NCBI GenBank assembly: GCA_964016885.1
Contig: OZ024741.1
Span: forward strand, 261,516,001 to 261,580,000
Origin: Eledone cirrhosa
Lineage: Eukaryota
DNA length: 64,000 nt
Direction of reading: 5' to 3'
The notes beneath the pieces were generated by a model. The model did no database searches. It worked only from the letters and a program-made list of their open reading frames with translations, and had not been told where the DNA came from. The position numbers were made by a program, and so were the translations under genes. This document shows positions 27,425 to 41,959 of this stretch, one piece after another; within the stretch, counting starts at the first letter, position 1; every line of letters starts with the position of its first letter.

Positions 27425-30400
27425 TTTCGCTTTACGAGTGTTTCGACTTACGAGTGTTTCGACTTACGAGTGTTTCGGCTTACGAGTGTTTTGACTTTCG
27501 AGTGTTTTGACTTACATGTGTTTCGACTTACGCGTGTTTCGACTTACGAGTGTTTCGACTTGCGAGTGTTTCGACTACGGGTGTTTCGACTTACGAATGT
27601 TTTGACTTACGGATGTTTTGACTTACGGGTGTTTCGGCTTACGAGTGTTTCGACTTACGAGTGTTCTGACTTACGAGTGTTCTGACTTACGAGTGTTCTG
27701 ACTTACGAGTGTTCCGACTTACGAGTGTTTCGACTTAAGAGTGTTTCGGATTACGAGTGCTTCGACTTACGAGTGTTTCGGCTAACGAGTGTTTCGACTT
27801 ACGAGTATTCTGACTACGAGTGTTCTGACTTACGGGTGTTCTGACTTACGAGTGTTCCGACTTACGAGTGTTTCGGCTTTCGAGTGTTTCGACTTACGAG
27901 TGTTTCGGGTTACGAGTGTTTCGACTTACGAATGTTTTCGCTTACGAGTGTTTCCGCTTACGAGTGTTTCGACTTACGAGTGTTTCGACTTACGAGTGTT
28001 TTTACTTACGGTTTTTCGGCTTGCGAGTGTTTCGACATACGAGTGTTTTGACTTACGAATGTTTCAACTTACGGGTGTTTCGACTTACGAGTGTTTCGAC
28101 TTACGAGTGTTCTGACTACGAGTGTTCTGACTTACGGGTGCTCTGACTTACGAGTGTTTCGACTTACGAGTGTTTCGACTTACGAGTGTTTCGACTTACG
28201 AGTGTTTCGGCTTACGAGTGTTTCGACTTACGAGTATTCTGACTTACGAGTGTTCCGACTTACGGGTGTTTCGACTTACGAGTGTTTCGACTTACGAGTG
28301 TTCCGACCTATGAGGGTTTCGGCTTACTGGTGTTCCGACTTACGAGTATTTTCGGCTGACGAGTGTTTCGAGTTACGAGTGTTTTGACTTACGATTGTTT
28401 CGGCTTACGAGTGTTTCGGCTTACGAGTGTTTTGATTTACGAGTGTTTTGACTTACGGGTGTTTCGACTTACGCGTGTTTCGACTTACGAGTGTTTCGAC
28501 TTACGAGTGTTTCGGCTTATGAGTGTTTCGAATTACGAGTGTTTTGACTTACGGGTGTTTTGACATACGAGTGTTTCGGTACGAGTGTTCTGACTTACGA
28601 GTGTTCTGACTTACGAGTGTTCTGACTAACGGGTGTTCTGACTTACGAGTGTTCCGACTTACGAGTGTTTCGGCTATGAGTGTTTTGACTTACGGGTGTT
28701 TCGACTTACGGGTGTTTCGACTTACGAGTGTTTCGACTTACGTGTGTTTCCGCTTACGCGTGTTTCGGCTTACGAGTGTTTCGAATTACGCGTGTTTTGG
28801 CTTACGAATGTTTTGACTTACGGGTGTTTCGGTGTACGAGTGTTTCGACTTAAGGATGTTTCGACTTACGAGTGTTTCGACTTACGAGTGTTTCGACTTA
28901 CGAGTGTTTCGACTTACGGGTGTTTCGACTTACGGGTGTTTCGGCTTATGAGTGTTTCGACTTACGAGTGTTTTGACTTACGAGTGTTCTGACTTGCGAG
29001 TGTTCTGACTTACGAGTGTTCCGACTTACGAGTGTTCCGACTTACGAGTGTTTCGGCTTACGAGTGTTTCGGCTTACGAGTGTTTCGGCTTACGAGTGTT
29101 TTGACTTACGAGTGTTCTGACTACGAGTGTTCTGACTTACGGGTGTTCTGACTTACGAGTGTTCCGACTTACGAGTGTTTCGGCTAATGAGTGTTTCGAC
29201 TTACGGGCGTTTCGACTTACGGGTGTTTCGACTTACGAGTGTTTTGACTTACGAGTGTTCTGACTTACGAGTGTTCTGACTTACGAGAGTTCCGACTTAC
29301 GACTGTTTCGACTTACGAGTGTTTTGACTTACGAGTGTTCCGACTTACGAGTGTTTCGGCTTACGGGTGTTTCGACGTACGAGTATTTTTGGCTTACGAG
29401 TGTTTCTACTTACGAGTGTTTTGAATTATGATTGTTTCGGCTTACGAGTGTTTCGACTTACGAGTATTTCGACTTACGAGTTTTTTTACTTACGGTGTTT
29501 CGGCTTACGAGTGTTTCGACTTATGAGTGTTCTGATTTACGGATGTTTCGACATACGAGTGTTTTGACTTACGGTGTTTCGACTTACGAGTGTTTCGAAT
29601 TACGAGTGTTTCGACTTACGGGTGTTTCGACTTACGAGTGTTTCGACTTACGAGTGTTTCGACTTACGGGTGTTTCGACTTACGAGTGTTCTGACTTACG
29701 AGTGTTCCGGCTTACGAGTTTTTCGACTTACGAGTGTTTCGACTTACGAGTGTTTCGGCTTACAAGTGTTTCGGCTTACGAGTGGTTTGACTTACGAGTG
29801 TTCTGACTACGAGTGTTCTGTCTTACGAGTGTTTCGACTTACGAGTGTTCTGATTTACGGATGTTTCGACATACGAGTGTTTTGACTTACGATGTTTCGA
29901 CTTACGAGTGTTTCGACTTACGAGTGTTTCGACTTACGGGTGTTTCGACTTACGAGTGTTTCAACTTACGAGTGTTTCGACTTACGAATGTTTCGACTTA
30001 CGGGTGTTTCGGCTTACGAGTGTTTCGACTTACGAGTGTTCTGACTTACGAGTGTTCTGACTTACGAGTTTTCCGGCTTACGAGTTTTTCGACTTACGAG
30101 TGTTTCGACTTACGAGTGTTTCGGCTTACGAGTGGTTTGACTTACGAGTGTTCTGACTACGAGTGTTCTGACTTACGAGTGTTTCGGCTTATGAGTGTTT
30201 CGACTTACGAGTGTTTCGGTTTATGAGTGTTTCGACTTACGAGTGTTTCGGCTTACGAGTGTTTCGACTTACGAGTGTTTCGACTTACGGGTGTTTCGAC
30301 TTACGAGTGTTTCGTCTACGAGTGTTTCGACTTACGAGTGTTTCGGCTTACGAGTGTTTCGACATACGGGTGTTTGGACTTACGGTGTTTCGGCTTACGA

Positions 30401-30829
30401 GTGTTTCGACTTACGAGTGTTCTGACTTACGAGTGTTCTGACTTATGAGTGTTCTGACTTACGAGTGTTCCGACTTACGAGTGTTTCGGCTTACGAGTGT
30501 TTCGGCTTACGAGTGTTTCGACTTACGAGTGTTTCGACTTACGAGTGTTTCGACTTATGAGTGTTTTGACTTACGGTGTTTCGGCTTACGAGTGTTTCGA
30601 CTTACGAGTGTTTTGACTTACTGGTGTTTTGACATACGAGTGTTTCGATACGAGTGTTTCGACTTACGAGTGTTCTGACTTACGAGTGTTCTGACTTACG
30701 AGTGTTCTGACTTACGAGTGTTCTAACTTACGAGTGTTCTGACTTACGAGTGTTCTGACTTATGAGTGTTCCGACTTACGAGTGTTTCGGCTCACGAGTG
30801 TTTCGGCTTACGAGTGTTTCGACTTACGA

Positions 30830-30898
30830 AAATAACAAATAGACGCGGTTTCAAATCTCTATGCTTTTCAAATTCAGTACATTAATCTTTATTTATAC
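30830..30898. repeat. 69-bp AT-rich insert, allele B
   Basis: Same sequence as the 6204 copy. Confidence 0.95.
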
Positions 30899-33652
30899 TT
30901 TCGCTTTACGAGTGTTTCGACTTACGAGTGTTTCGACTTACGAGTGTTTCGGCTTACGAGTGTTTTGACTTTCGAGTGTTTTGACTTACATGTGTTTCGA
31001 CTTACGCGTGTTTCGACTTACGAGTGTTTCGACTTGCGAGTGTTTCGACTACGGGTGTTTCGACTTACGAATGTTTTGACTTACGGATGTTTTGACTTAC
31101 GGGTGTTTCGGCTTACGAGTGTTTCGACTTACGAGTGTTCTGACTTACGAGTGTTCTGACTTACGAGTGTTCTGACTTACGAGTGTTCCGACTTACGAGT
31201 GTTTCGACTTAAGAGTGTTTCGGATTACGAGTGCTTCGACTTACGAGTGTTTCGGCTAACGAGTGTTTCGACTTACGAGTATTCTGACTACGAGTGTTCT
31301 GACTTACGGGTGTTCTGACTTACGAGTGTTCCGACTTACGAGTGTTTCGGCTTTCGAGTGTTTCGACTTACGAGTGTTTCGGGTTACGAGTGTTTCGACT
31401 TACGAATGTTTTCGCTTACGAGTGTTTCCGCTTACGAGTGTTTCGACTTACGAGTGTTTCGACTTACGAGTGTTTTTACTTACGGTTTTTCGGCTTGCGA
31501 GTGTTTCGACATACGAGTGTTTTGACTTACGAATGTTTCAACTTACGGGTGTTTCGACTTACGAGTGTTTCGACTTACGAGTGTTCTGACTACGAGTGTT
31601 CTGACTTACGGGTGCTCTGACTTACGAGTGTTTCGACTTACGAGTGTTTCGACTTACGAGTGTTTCGACTTACGAGTGTTTCGGCTTACGAGTGTTTCGA
31701 GTTACGAGTATTCTGACTTACGAGTGTTCCGACTTACGGGTGTTTCGACTTACGAGTGTTTCGACTTACGAGTGTTCCGACCTATGAGGGTTTCGGCTTA
31801 CTGGTGTTCCGACTTACGAGTATTTTCGGCTGACGAGTGTTTCGAGTTACGAGTGTTTTGACTTACGATTGTTTCGGCTTACGAGTGTTTCGGCTTACGA
31901 GTGTTTTGATTTACGAGTGTTTTGACTTACGGGTGTTTCGACTTACGCGTGTTTCGACTTACGAGTGTTTCGACTTACGAGTGTTTCGGCTTATGAGTGT
32001 TTCGAATTACGAGTGTTTTGACTTACGGGTGTTTTGACATACGAGTGTTTCGGTACGAGTGTTCTGACTTACGAGTGTTCTGACTTACGAGTGTTCTGAC
32101 TAACGGGTGTTCCTACTTACGAGTGTTCCGACTTACGAGTGTTTCGGCTATGAGTGTTTTGACTTACGGGTGTTTCGACTTACGGGTGTTTCGACTTACG
32201 AGTGTTTCGACTTACGTGTGTTTCCGCTTACGCGTGTTTCGGCTTACGAGTGTTTCGAATTACGCGTGTTTTGGCTTACGAATGTTTTGACTTATGGGTG
32301 TTTCGGTGTACGAGTGTTTCGACTTAAGGATGTTTCGACTTACGAGTGTTTCGACTTACGAGTGTTTCGACTTACGAGTGTTTCGACTTACGAGTGTTTT
32401 GGCTTACGAATGTTTTGACTTACGGGTGTTTCGACTTATGAGTGTTTCGACTTACGAGTGTTTTGACTTACGAGTGTTCTGACTTGCGAGTGTTCTGACT
32501 TACGAGTGTTCCGACTTACGAGTGTTTCGGCTTACGAGTGTTTCGGCTTACGAGTGTTTCGGCTTACGAGTGTTTTGACTTACGAGTGTTCTGACTACGA
32601 GTGTTCTGACTTACGGGTGTTCTGACTTACGAGTGTTCCGACTTACGAGTGTTTCGGCTAATGATTGTTTCGACTTACGGGCGTTTCGACTTACGGGTGT
32701 TTCGACTTACGAGTGTTTTGACTTACGAGTGTTCTGACTTACGAGTGTTCTGACTTACAAGAGTTCCGACTTACGACTGTTTCGACTTACGAGTGTTTTG
32801 ACTTACGAGTGTTCCGACTTACGAGTGTTTCGGCTTACGGGTGTTTCGACGTACGAGTATTTTTGGCTTACGAGTGTTTCTACTTACGAGTGTTTTGAAT
32901 TATGATTGTTTCGGCTTACGAGTGTTTCGACTTACGAGTATTTCGACTTACGAGTTTTTTTACTTACGGTGTTTCGGCTTACGAGTGTTTCGACTTATGA
33001 GTGTTCTGATTTACGGATGTTTCGACATACGAGTGTTTTGACTTACGGTGTTTCGACTTACGAGTGTTTCGAATTACGAGTGTTTCGACTTACGGGTGTT
33101 TCGACTTACGAGTGTTTCGACTTACGAGTGTTTCGACTTACGGGTGTTTCGAATTACGAGTGTTCTGACTTACGAGTGTTCCGGCTTACGAGTTTTTCGA
33201 CTTACGAGTGTTTCGACTTACGAGTGTTTCGGCTTACAAGTGTTTCGGCTTACGAGTGGTTTGACTTACGAGTGTTCTGACTACGAGTGTTCTGTCTTAC
33301 GAGTGTTTCGACTTACGAGTGTTTCGGCTTATGAGTGTTTCGACTTACGAGTGTTTCGGCTTACGAGTGTTTCGACTTACGAGTGTTTCGACTTACGGGT
33401 GTTTCGACTTACGAGTGTTTCGACTTACGAGTGTTTTGACTTACTGGTGTTTTGAAATACGAGTGTTTCGATACGAGTGTTTCGACTTACGAGTGTTCTG
33501 ACTTACGAGTGTTCTGACTTACGAGTGTTCTGACTTACGAGTGTTCTAACTTACGAGTGTTCTGACTCACGAGTGTTCTGACTTACGAGTGTTCCGACTT
33601 ACGAGTGTTTCGGCTCACGAGTGTTTCGGCTTACGAGTGTTTCGACTTACGA

Positions 33653-33719
33653 AAATAACAAATAGACGCGGTTTCAAATCTATGCTTTTCAAATTCAGTA
33701 CATTAATCTTTATTTATAC
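33653..33719. repeat. AT-rich insert, allele B with 2-bp deletion (67 bp)
   Basis: aaatctatgc instead of aaatctctatgc. Confidence 0.93.
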
Positions 33720-35579
33720 TTTCGCTTTACGAGTGTTTCGACTTAAGAGTGTTTCGGATTACGAGTGCTTCGACTTACGAGTGTTTCGGCTAACGAGTGT
33801 TTCGACTTACGAGTATTCTGACTACGAGTGTTCTGACTTACGGGTGTTCTGACTTACGAGTGTTCCGACTTACGAGTGTTTCGGCTTTCGAGTGTTTCGA
33901 CTTACGAGTGTTTCGGGTTACGAGTGTTTCGACTTACGAATGTTTTCGCTTACGAGTGTTTCCGCTTACGAGTGTTTCGACTTACGAGTGTTTCGACTTA
34001 CGAGTGTTTTTACTTACGGTTTTTCGGCTTGCGAGTGTTTCGACATACGAGTGTTTTGACTTACGGATGTTTCAACTTACGGGTGTTTCGACTTACGAGT
34101 GTTTCGACTTACGAGTGTTCTGACTACGAGTGTTCTGACTTACGGGTGCTCTGACTTACGAGTGTTTCGACTTACGAGTGTTTCGACTTACGAGTGTTTC
34201 GGCTTACGAGTGTTTCGACTTACGAGTATTCTGACTTACGAGTGTTCCCACTTACGGGTGTTTCGACTTACGAGTGTTTCGACTTACGAGTGTTCCGACC
34301 TATGAGGGTTTCGGCCTACTGGTGTTCCGACTTACGAGTATTTTCGGCTGACGAGTGTTTCGAGTTACGAGTGTTTTGACTTACGATTGTTTCGGCTTAC
34401 GAGTGTTTCGGCTTACGAGTGTTTTGATTTACGAGTGTTTTGACTTACGGGTGTTTCGACTTACGCGTGTTTCGACTTACGAGTGTTTCGACTTACGAGT
34501 GTTTCGGCTTATGAGTGTTTCGAATTACGAGTGTTTTGACTTACGGGTGTTTTGACATACGAGTGTTTCGGTACGAGTGTTCTGACTTACGAGTGTTCTG
34601 ACTTACGAGTGTTCTGACTAACGGGTGTTCTGACTTACGAGTGTTCCGACTTACGAGTGTTTCGGCTATGAGTGTTTTGACTTACGGGTGTTTCGACTTA
34701 CGGGTGTTTCGACTTACGAGTGTTTCGACTTACGTGTGTTTCCGCTTACGCGTGTTTCGGCTTACGAGTGTTTCGAATTACGCGTGTTTTGGCTTACGAA
34801 TGTTTTGACTTACGGGTGTTTCGGTGTACGAGTGTTTCGACTTAAGGATGTTTCGACTTACGAGTGTTTCGACTTACAAGTGTTTCGACTTACGAGTGTT
34901 TCGACTTACGAATGTTTTGACTTACGGGTGTTTCGACTTACGGGTGTTTCGGCTTATGAGTGTTTCCACTTACGAGTGTTTTGACTTACGAGTGTTCTGA
35001 CTTGCGAGTGTTCTGACTTACGAGTGTTCCGACTTACGAGTGTTCCGACTTACGAGTGTTTCGGCTTACGAGTGTTTCGGCTTACGAGTGTTTCGGCTTA
35101 CGAGTGTTTTGACTTACGAGTGTTCTGACTACGCGTGTTCTGACTTACGGGTGTTCTGACTTACGAGTGTTCCGACTTACGAGTGTTTCGGCTAATGAGT
35201 GTTTCGACTTACGGGCGTTTCGACTTACGGGTGTTTCGACTTACGAGTGTTTTGACTTACGAGTGTTCTGACTTACGAGTGTTCTGACTTACGAGAGTTC
35301 CGACTTACGACTGTTTCGACTTACGAGTGTTTTGACTTACGAGTGTTCCGACTTACGAGTGTTTCGGCTTACGAGTGTTTCGACGTACGAGTATTTTTGG
35401 CTTACGAGTGTTTCTACTTACGAGTGTTTTGAATTATGATTGTTTCGGCTTACGAGTGTTTCGACTTACGAGTATTTCGACTTACGAGTTTTTTTACTTA
35501 CGGTGTTTCGGCTTACGAGTGTTTCGACTTATGAGTGTTCTGATTTACGGATGTTTCGACATACGAGTGTTTTGACTTA

Positions 35580-37920
35580 CGGTGTTTCGACTTACGAGTG
35601 TTTCGACTTACGAGTGTTTCGACTTACGGGTGTTTCGACTTACGAGTGTTTCGACTTACGAGTGTTTCGACTTACGGGTGTTTCGACTTACGAGTGTTCT
35701 GACTTACGAGTGTTCCGGCTTACGAGTTTTTCGACTTACGAGTGTTTCGACTTACGAGTGTTTCGGCTTACAAGTGTTTCGGCTTACGAGTGGTTTGACT
35801 TACGAGTGTTCTGACTAAGAGTGTTCTGTCTTACGAGTGTTTCGACTTACGAGTGTTTCGGCTTATGAGTGTTTCGACTTACGAGTGTTTCGGCTTACGA
35901 GTGTTTCGACTTATGAGTGTTTCGACTTACGGGTGTTTCGACTTACGAGTATTTCGACTACGAGTGTTTCGACTTACGAGTGTTTCGGCTTACGAGTGTT
36001 TCGACTTACGAGTCTTTCGGCTTACGAGTGTTTCGACTTACTAATGTTTTTACTTACGAGTGTTTCGGCGTACGAGTGTTTCGACTTACGAGTGTTTAGA
36101 CTTACGGATGTTTTGACTTACGGGTGTTTCAGCTTACGAGTGTTTCGACTTAAGAGTGTTTTGACTTAAGGGTGTTTCGACTTACGAGTATTTTTGGCTT
36201 ACGAGTGTTTCGACTTACGAGTGTTTTGACTTACGAGTGTTCTAATTTACGGATGTTTCGACATACGAGTGTTTTGACTTACGAGTGTTTCGACTTACGA
36301 GTGTTTCGACTTACGAGTGTTTCGGCTTACGAGTGGTTTGACTTACGAGTGTTCTGACTACGAGTGTTTTGACTTACGAGTGTTTTGGCTTATGAGTGTT
36401 TCGACTGACGAGTGTTTCGGCTTATGAGTGTTTCGACTTACGAGTGTTTCGGTTTACGAGTGTTTCGACTTACGGGTGTTTCGACTTACGAGTGTTTCGA
36501 CTACGAGTGTTTCGACTTACGAGTGTTTCGGCTTACGAGTGTTTCGACATACGGGTGTTTCGACTTACGATGTTTCGGCCTACGAGTGTTTCGACTTACG
36601 AGTGTTCTGACTTACGAGTGTTCTGACTTATGAGTGTTCTGACTTACGAGTGTTCCGACTTACGAGTGTTTCGGCTTACGAGTGTTTCGGCTTGCGAGTG
36701 TTTCGACTTACGAGTGTTTCGACTTACGAGTGTTTCGAATTACGAGTGTTTCGACTTACGAGTGTTTTGACATACGGTGTTTCGGCTTACGAGTGTTTCG
36801 ACTTGCGAGTGTTTCGACTTACGAATGTTTCGACTTACGAGTGTTTCGACTTACGAGTGTTTCGACTTACGAGTGTTTCGGCTTACGAGTGGTTTGACTT
36901 ACGAGTGTTCTGACTACGAGTGTTTTGACTTACGAGTGTTTTGGCTTATGAGTGTTTCGACATACGAGTGTTTCGGCTTATGAGTGTTTCGACTTACGAG
37001 TGTTTCGGTTTACGAGTGTTTCGACTTACGGGTGTTTCGACTTACGAGTGTTTCGACAACGAGTGTTTCGACTTACGAGTGTTTCGATTTACGAGTGTTT
37101 CGACTTACGGGTGTTTCGACTTACGAGTGTTTCGACTTACGAGTGTTTCGACTTACGGGTGTTTCGACTTACGAGTGTTCTAACTTACGAGTGTACCGGC
37201 TTACGAGTTTTTCGACTTACGAGTGTTTCGACTTACGAGTGTTTCGGCTTACAAGTGTTTCGGCTTACGAGTGGTTTGACTTACGAGTGTTCTGACTACG
37301 AGTGTTCTGTCTTACGAGTGTTTCGACTTACGAGTGTTTCGGCTTATGAGTGTTTCGGCTTATGAGTGTTTCGACTTACGAGTGTTTCGGCTTACGAGTG
37401 TTTCGACTTACGAGTGTTTCGACTTACGGGTGTTTCGACTTACGAGTGTTTCGACTACGAGTGTTTCGACTTACGAGTGTTTCGGCTTACGAGTGTTTCG
37501 ACTTACGAGTCTTTCGGCTTACGAGTGTTTCGACTTACTAATGTTTTTACTTACGAGTGTTTCGGCGTACGAGTGTTACGACTTACGAGTGTTTAGACTT
37601 ACGGGTGTTTTGACTTACGGGTGTTTCAGCTTACGAGTGTTTCGACTTACGAGTGTTTTGACTTAAGGGTGTTTCGACTTACGAGTATTTTTGGCTTACG
37701 AGTGTTTCGACTTACGAGTGTTTTGACTTACGAGTGTTCTAATTTACGGATGTTTCGACATACGAGTGTTTTGACTTACGAGTGTTTCGACTTACGAGTG
37801 TTTCGACTTACGAGTGTTTCGGCTTACGAGTGGTTTGACTTACGAGTGTTCTGACTACGAGTGTTTTGACTTACGAGTGTTTTGGCTTATGAGTGTTTCG
37901 ACTTACGAGTGTTTCGGCTT
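35580..37920 (+). repeat. Local ~1497-bp duplication (diverged, ~1.5 copies)
   Basis: ORF entries 35837/37334 and 35853/37350 are offset by 1497. Shared rare variants include gtttagac, tttcagc and ttctaatttacgg. Confidence 0.8.
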
Positions 37921-39119
37921 ATGAGTGTTTCGACTTACGAGTGTTTCGGCTAACGAGTGTTTCGACTTACGAGTAATCTGACTACGAGTGTTCTGACTTA
38001 CGGGTGTTCTGACTTACGAGTGTTCCGACTTACGAGTGTTTCGGCTTTCGAGTGTTTCGACTTACGAGTGTTTCGGGTTACGAGTGTTTCGACATACGAA
38101 TGTTTTCGCTTACGAGTGTTTCCGCTTACGAGTGTTTCGACTTACGAGTGTTTCGACTTACGAGTGTTTTGACTTACGGTTTTTCGGCTTGCGAGTGTTT
38201 CGACATACGAGTGTTTTGACTTACGGATGTTTCAACTTACGGGTGTTTCGACTTACGAGTGTTTCGACTTACGAGTGTTCTGACTACGAGTGTTCTGACT
38301 TACGGGTGCTCTGACTTACGAGTGTTTCGACTTACGAGTGTTTCGACTTACGAGTGTTTCGGCTTACGAGTGTTTCGACTTACGAGTGTTTTGACTTACG
38401 AATGTTTTGCCTTACGGGTGTTCCGGTTTACGAGTGTTTCGACTTACGAGTATTCTGACTTACGAGTGTTCCGACTTACGGGTGTTTCGACTTACGAGTG
38501 TTTCGACTTACGAGTGTTCCGACCTATGAGGGTTTCGGCTTACTGGTGTTCCGACTTACGAGTATTTTCGGCTGACGAGTGTTTCGAGTTACGAGTGTTT
38601 TGACTTACGATTGTTTCGGCTTACGAGTGTTTCGCCTTACGAGTGTTTTGATTTACGAGTGTTTTGACTTACGGGTGTTTCGACTTACGCGTGTTTCGAC
38701 TTACGAGTGTTTCGACTTACGAGTGTTTCGGCTTATGAGTGTTTCGAATTACGAGTGTTTTGACTTACGGGTGTTTTGACATACGAGTGTTTCGGTACGA
38801 GTGTTCTGACTTACGAGTGTTCTGACTTACGAGGGTTTCAGCTTACGGGTGTTCCGGCTTATGAGTATTTTCGGCTTACGTGTGTTTCGACTTACGAGTG
38901 TTTTGACTTACGATTGTTTCGGCTTACGAGTGTTTCGACTTACGAGTGTTTCGACTTACGAGTGTTTTGACTTACGGGTGTTTTGACATACGAGTGTTTC
39001 GATACGAGTGTTCTGACTTAAGAGTGTTCTGACTTACGAGTGTTCTGACTTACGAGTGTTCTGACTTACGAGTGTTCTGACTTACGAGTGTTCTGACTTA
39101 CTAGTGTTTCGACTTACGA

Positions 39120-39188
39120 AAATAACAAATAGACGCGGTTTCAAATCTCTATGCTTTTCAAGTTCATTACATTAATCTTTATTTATAC
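39120..39188. repeat. 69-bp AT-rich insert, allele A
   Basis: caagttcattacattaat...atacgtttcgctttacgaat. Confidence 0.95.
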
Positions 39189-39692
39189 GTTTCGCTTTAC
39201 GAATGTTTCGACTTACGAGTGTTTCGACTTACGAGTGTTCCGACTTACGGGTGTTTCGACTTACGAGTGTTTTGGCTTACGGTGTTTTGGCTTACGAGTG
39301 TTTCGACTTACGAGTGTTTTGACTTATGGGTGTTTTGACATACGAGTGTTTCGATACGAGTGCTCTGACTTACGAGTGTTCTGACTTACGAGTGTTCTGA
39401 CTTACGAGTGTTCTGACTTACGGGTGTTCTGACTTACGTGTGTTCCGACTTACGAGTGTTTCGGCTATGGGTGTTTCGTCTTACGAGTGTTTCGACTTAC
39501 GAGTGTTCCGACTTACGAGTGTTTCGGCTTACGAGTGTTTTGGCTTACTAATGTTTTGACTTACGGGTGTTTCGACATACGAGTGTTTCGATACAAGTGT
39601 TCTGACTTACGAGTGTTCTGACTTACGAGTGTTCTGACTTACGAGTGTTCTGACTTACGAGTGTTCTGACTTACTAGTGTTTCGACTTACGA

Positions 39693-39761
39693 AAATAACA
39701 AATAGACGCGGTTTCAAATCTCTATGCTTTTCAAGTTCATTACATTAATCTTTATTTATAC
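39693..39761. repeat. 69-bp AT-rich insert, allele A
   Basis: Same sequence as the 39120 copy. Confidence 0.95.
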
Positions 39762-41959
39762 GTTTCGCTTTACGAATGTTTCGACTTACGAGTGTTTCGA
39801 CTTACGAGTGTTCGGACTTACGGGTGTTTCGACTTACGAGTGTTTTGGCTTACGGTGTTTCGGCTTACGAGTGTTTCGACTTACGAGTGTTTTGACTTAT
39901 GGGTGTTTTGACATACGAGTGTTTCGATACGAGTGCTCTGACTTACGAGTGTTCTGACTTACGAGTGTTCTGACTTACGAGTGTTCTGACTTACGGGTGT
40001 TCTGACTTACGTGTGTTCCGACTTACGAGTGTTTCGGCTATGGGTGTTTCGACTTACGGGTGTTTCGACTTACGAGTGTTTTGGCTTACGGTGTTTCGGC
40101 TTACGAGTGTTTCGACTTACGAGTGTTTCGACTTACGAGTGTTTTGACTTACGAGTGTTCTGACTTACGAGTGTTCTGACTTACGAGTGTTCCGACTTAC
40201 GAGTGTTCCGACTTACGAGTGTTTCGGCTTACGAGTGTTTCGGCTTACTAATGTTTTTACTTACGAGTGTTTCGGTGTACGAGTGTTTCGACTTAAGGAT
40301 GTTTCGACTTACGAGTGTTTCGACTTACGAGTGTTCCGACTTACGAGTGTTCCGACTTAAGAGTGTTTCGGCTTACGAGTGTTTCGGCTTACGAGTGTTT
40401 CGGCTTACGAGTGTTTTGACTTACGAGTGTTCTGACTACGAGTGTTCTGACTTACGGGTGTTCTGACTTACGAGTGTTCCGACTTACGAGTGTTTCGGCT
40501 AATGAGTGTTTCGACTTACGGGCGTTTCGACTTACGGGTGTTTCGAATTACGAGTGTTTTGACTTACGAGTGTTCTGACTTACGAGTGTTCTGACTTACG
40601 AGTGTTCCGACTTACGACTGTTTCGACTTACGAGTGTTTTGACTTACGAGTGTTCCGACTTACGAGTGTTTCGGCTTACGGGTGTTTCGACGTACGAGTA
40701 TTTTTGGCTTACGAGTGTTTCGAGTTACGAGTGTTTTGAATTACGATTGTTTCGGCTTACGAGTGTTTCGACTTACGAGTATTTCGACTTACGAGTTTTT
40801 TTACTTACGGTGTTTCGGCTTACGAGTGTTTCGACTTACGAATGTTTCGACTTACGGGTGTTTTGACATACGAGTGTTTCGATACAAGTGCTCTGACTTA
40901 CGAGTGTTCTGACTTACGAGTGTTCTGACTTACGAGTGTTCTGACTTACGGGTGTTCTGACTTACGAGTGTTTCGACTTACGAATGTTTTGGCTTACGAG
41001 TGTTTCGGCTTACGAGTGTTTCGACTTACGAATATTTTGGCTTACGAGTGTTTCGGCTTATGAGTGTTTCGACTTACGAGTGTTTCGACTTACGAGTGTT
41101 CTGACTTACGGTGTTTCGGCTTACAAGTTATTCGACATACGAGTGTTTCGACTTACGGGTGTTTCGACTTACGGGTGTTTCGACTTACGAGTGTTTCGAC
41201 TTACGACTGTTCTGACTTAAGAGTGTTCTGACTTACGAGTGTTCTGACTTACGAGTGTTCTGACTTACGAGTGTTCCGACTTACGAGTGTTCCGACTTAC
41301 GAGTGTTTCGGCTTACGAGTGTTTCGGCTTACGAGTGTTTCGACTTACGAGTGTTTCGACTTACGAGTGTTCCGACTTACGGGTGTTTCGACTTACGAGT
41401 GTTTTGGCTTACGGTGTTTCGGCTTACGAGTGTTTCGACTTACGAGTATTTCGACTTACGAGTTTTTTTACTTACGCTGTTTCGACTTACGAGTGTTTCG
41501 ACTTACGAGTGTTTTGACTTACGGGTGTTTTGACATACGAGTGTTTCGATACGAGTGCTCTGACTTACGAGTGTTCTGACTTACGAGTGTTCTGACTTAC
41601 GAGTGTTCTGACTTACGGGTGTTCTGACTTACGTGTGTTCCGACTTACGAGTGTTTCGGCTATGGGTGTTTCGACTTATGAGTGTTTCGACTTACGAGTG
41701 TTCCGACTTACGGGTGTTTCGACTTACGAGTGTTTTGGCTTACGGTGTTTCGGCTTACGAGTGTTTCGACTTACGAGTGTTTTGACTTATGGGTGTTTTG
41801 ACATACGAGTGTTTCGATACGAGTGCTCTGACTTACGAGTGTTCTGACTTACGAGTTTTCTGACTTACGAGTGTTCTGACTTACGGGTGTTCTGACTTAC
41901 GTGTGTTCCGACTTACGAGTGTTTCGGCTATGGGTGTTTCGACTTACGAGTGTTTCGAC

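Larger units (their letters stand above)
20200..35820 (+). repeat. Higher-order repeat domain, unit ~3474/3459 bp (~4.5 copies, with internal indels)
   Basis: Marker blocks recur at 20253/23727 (+3474), 27789 (+4062 = 3459+603), 31263 (+3474) and 33797 (shortened unit). Inserts at 23294, 27356, 30830 and 33653. Confidence 0.9.
39000..40050 (+). repeat. Local 573-bp duplication carrying the 69-bp insert
   Basis: Inserts at 39120 and 39693 are both preceded by the rare gacttactagtg variant. ORFs at 39151 and 39724 are near-identical. Confidence 0.85.
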
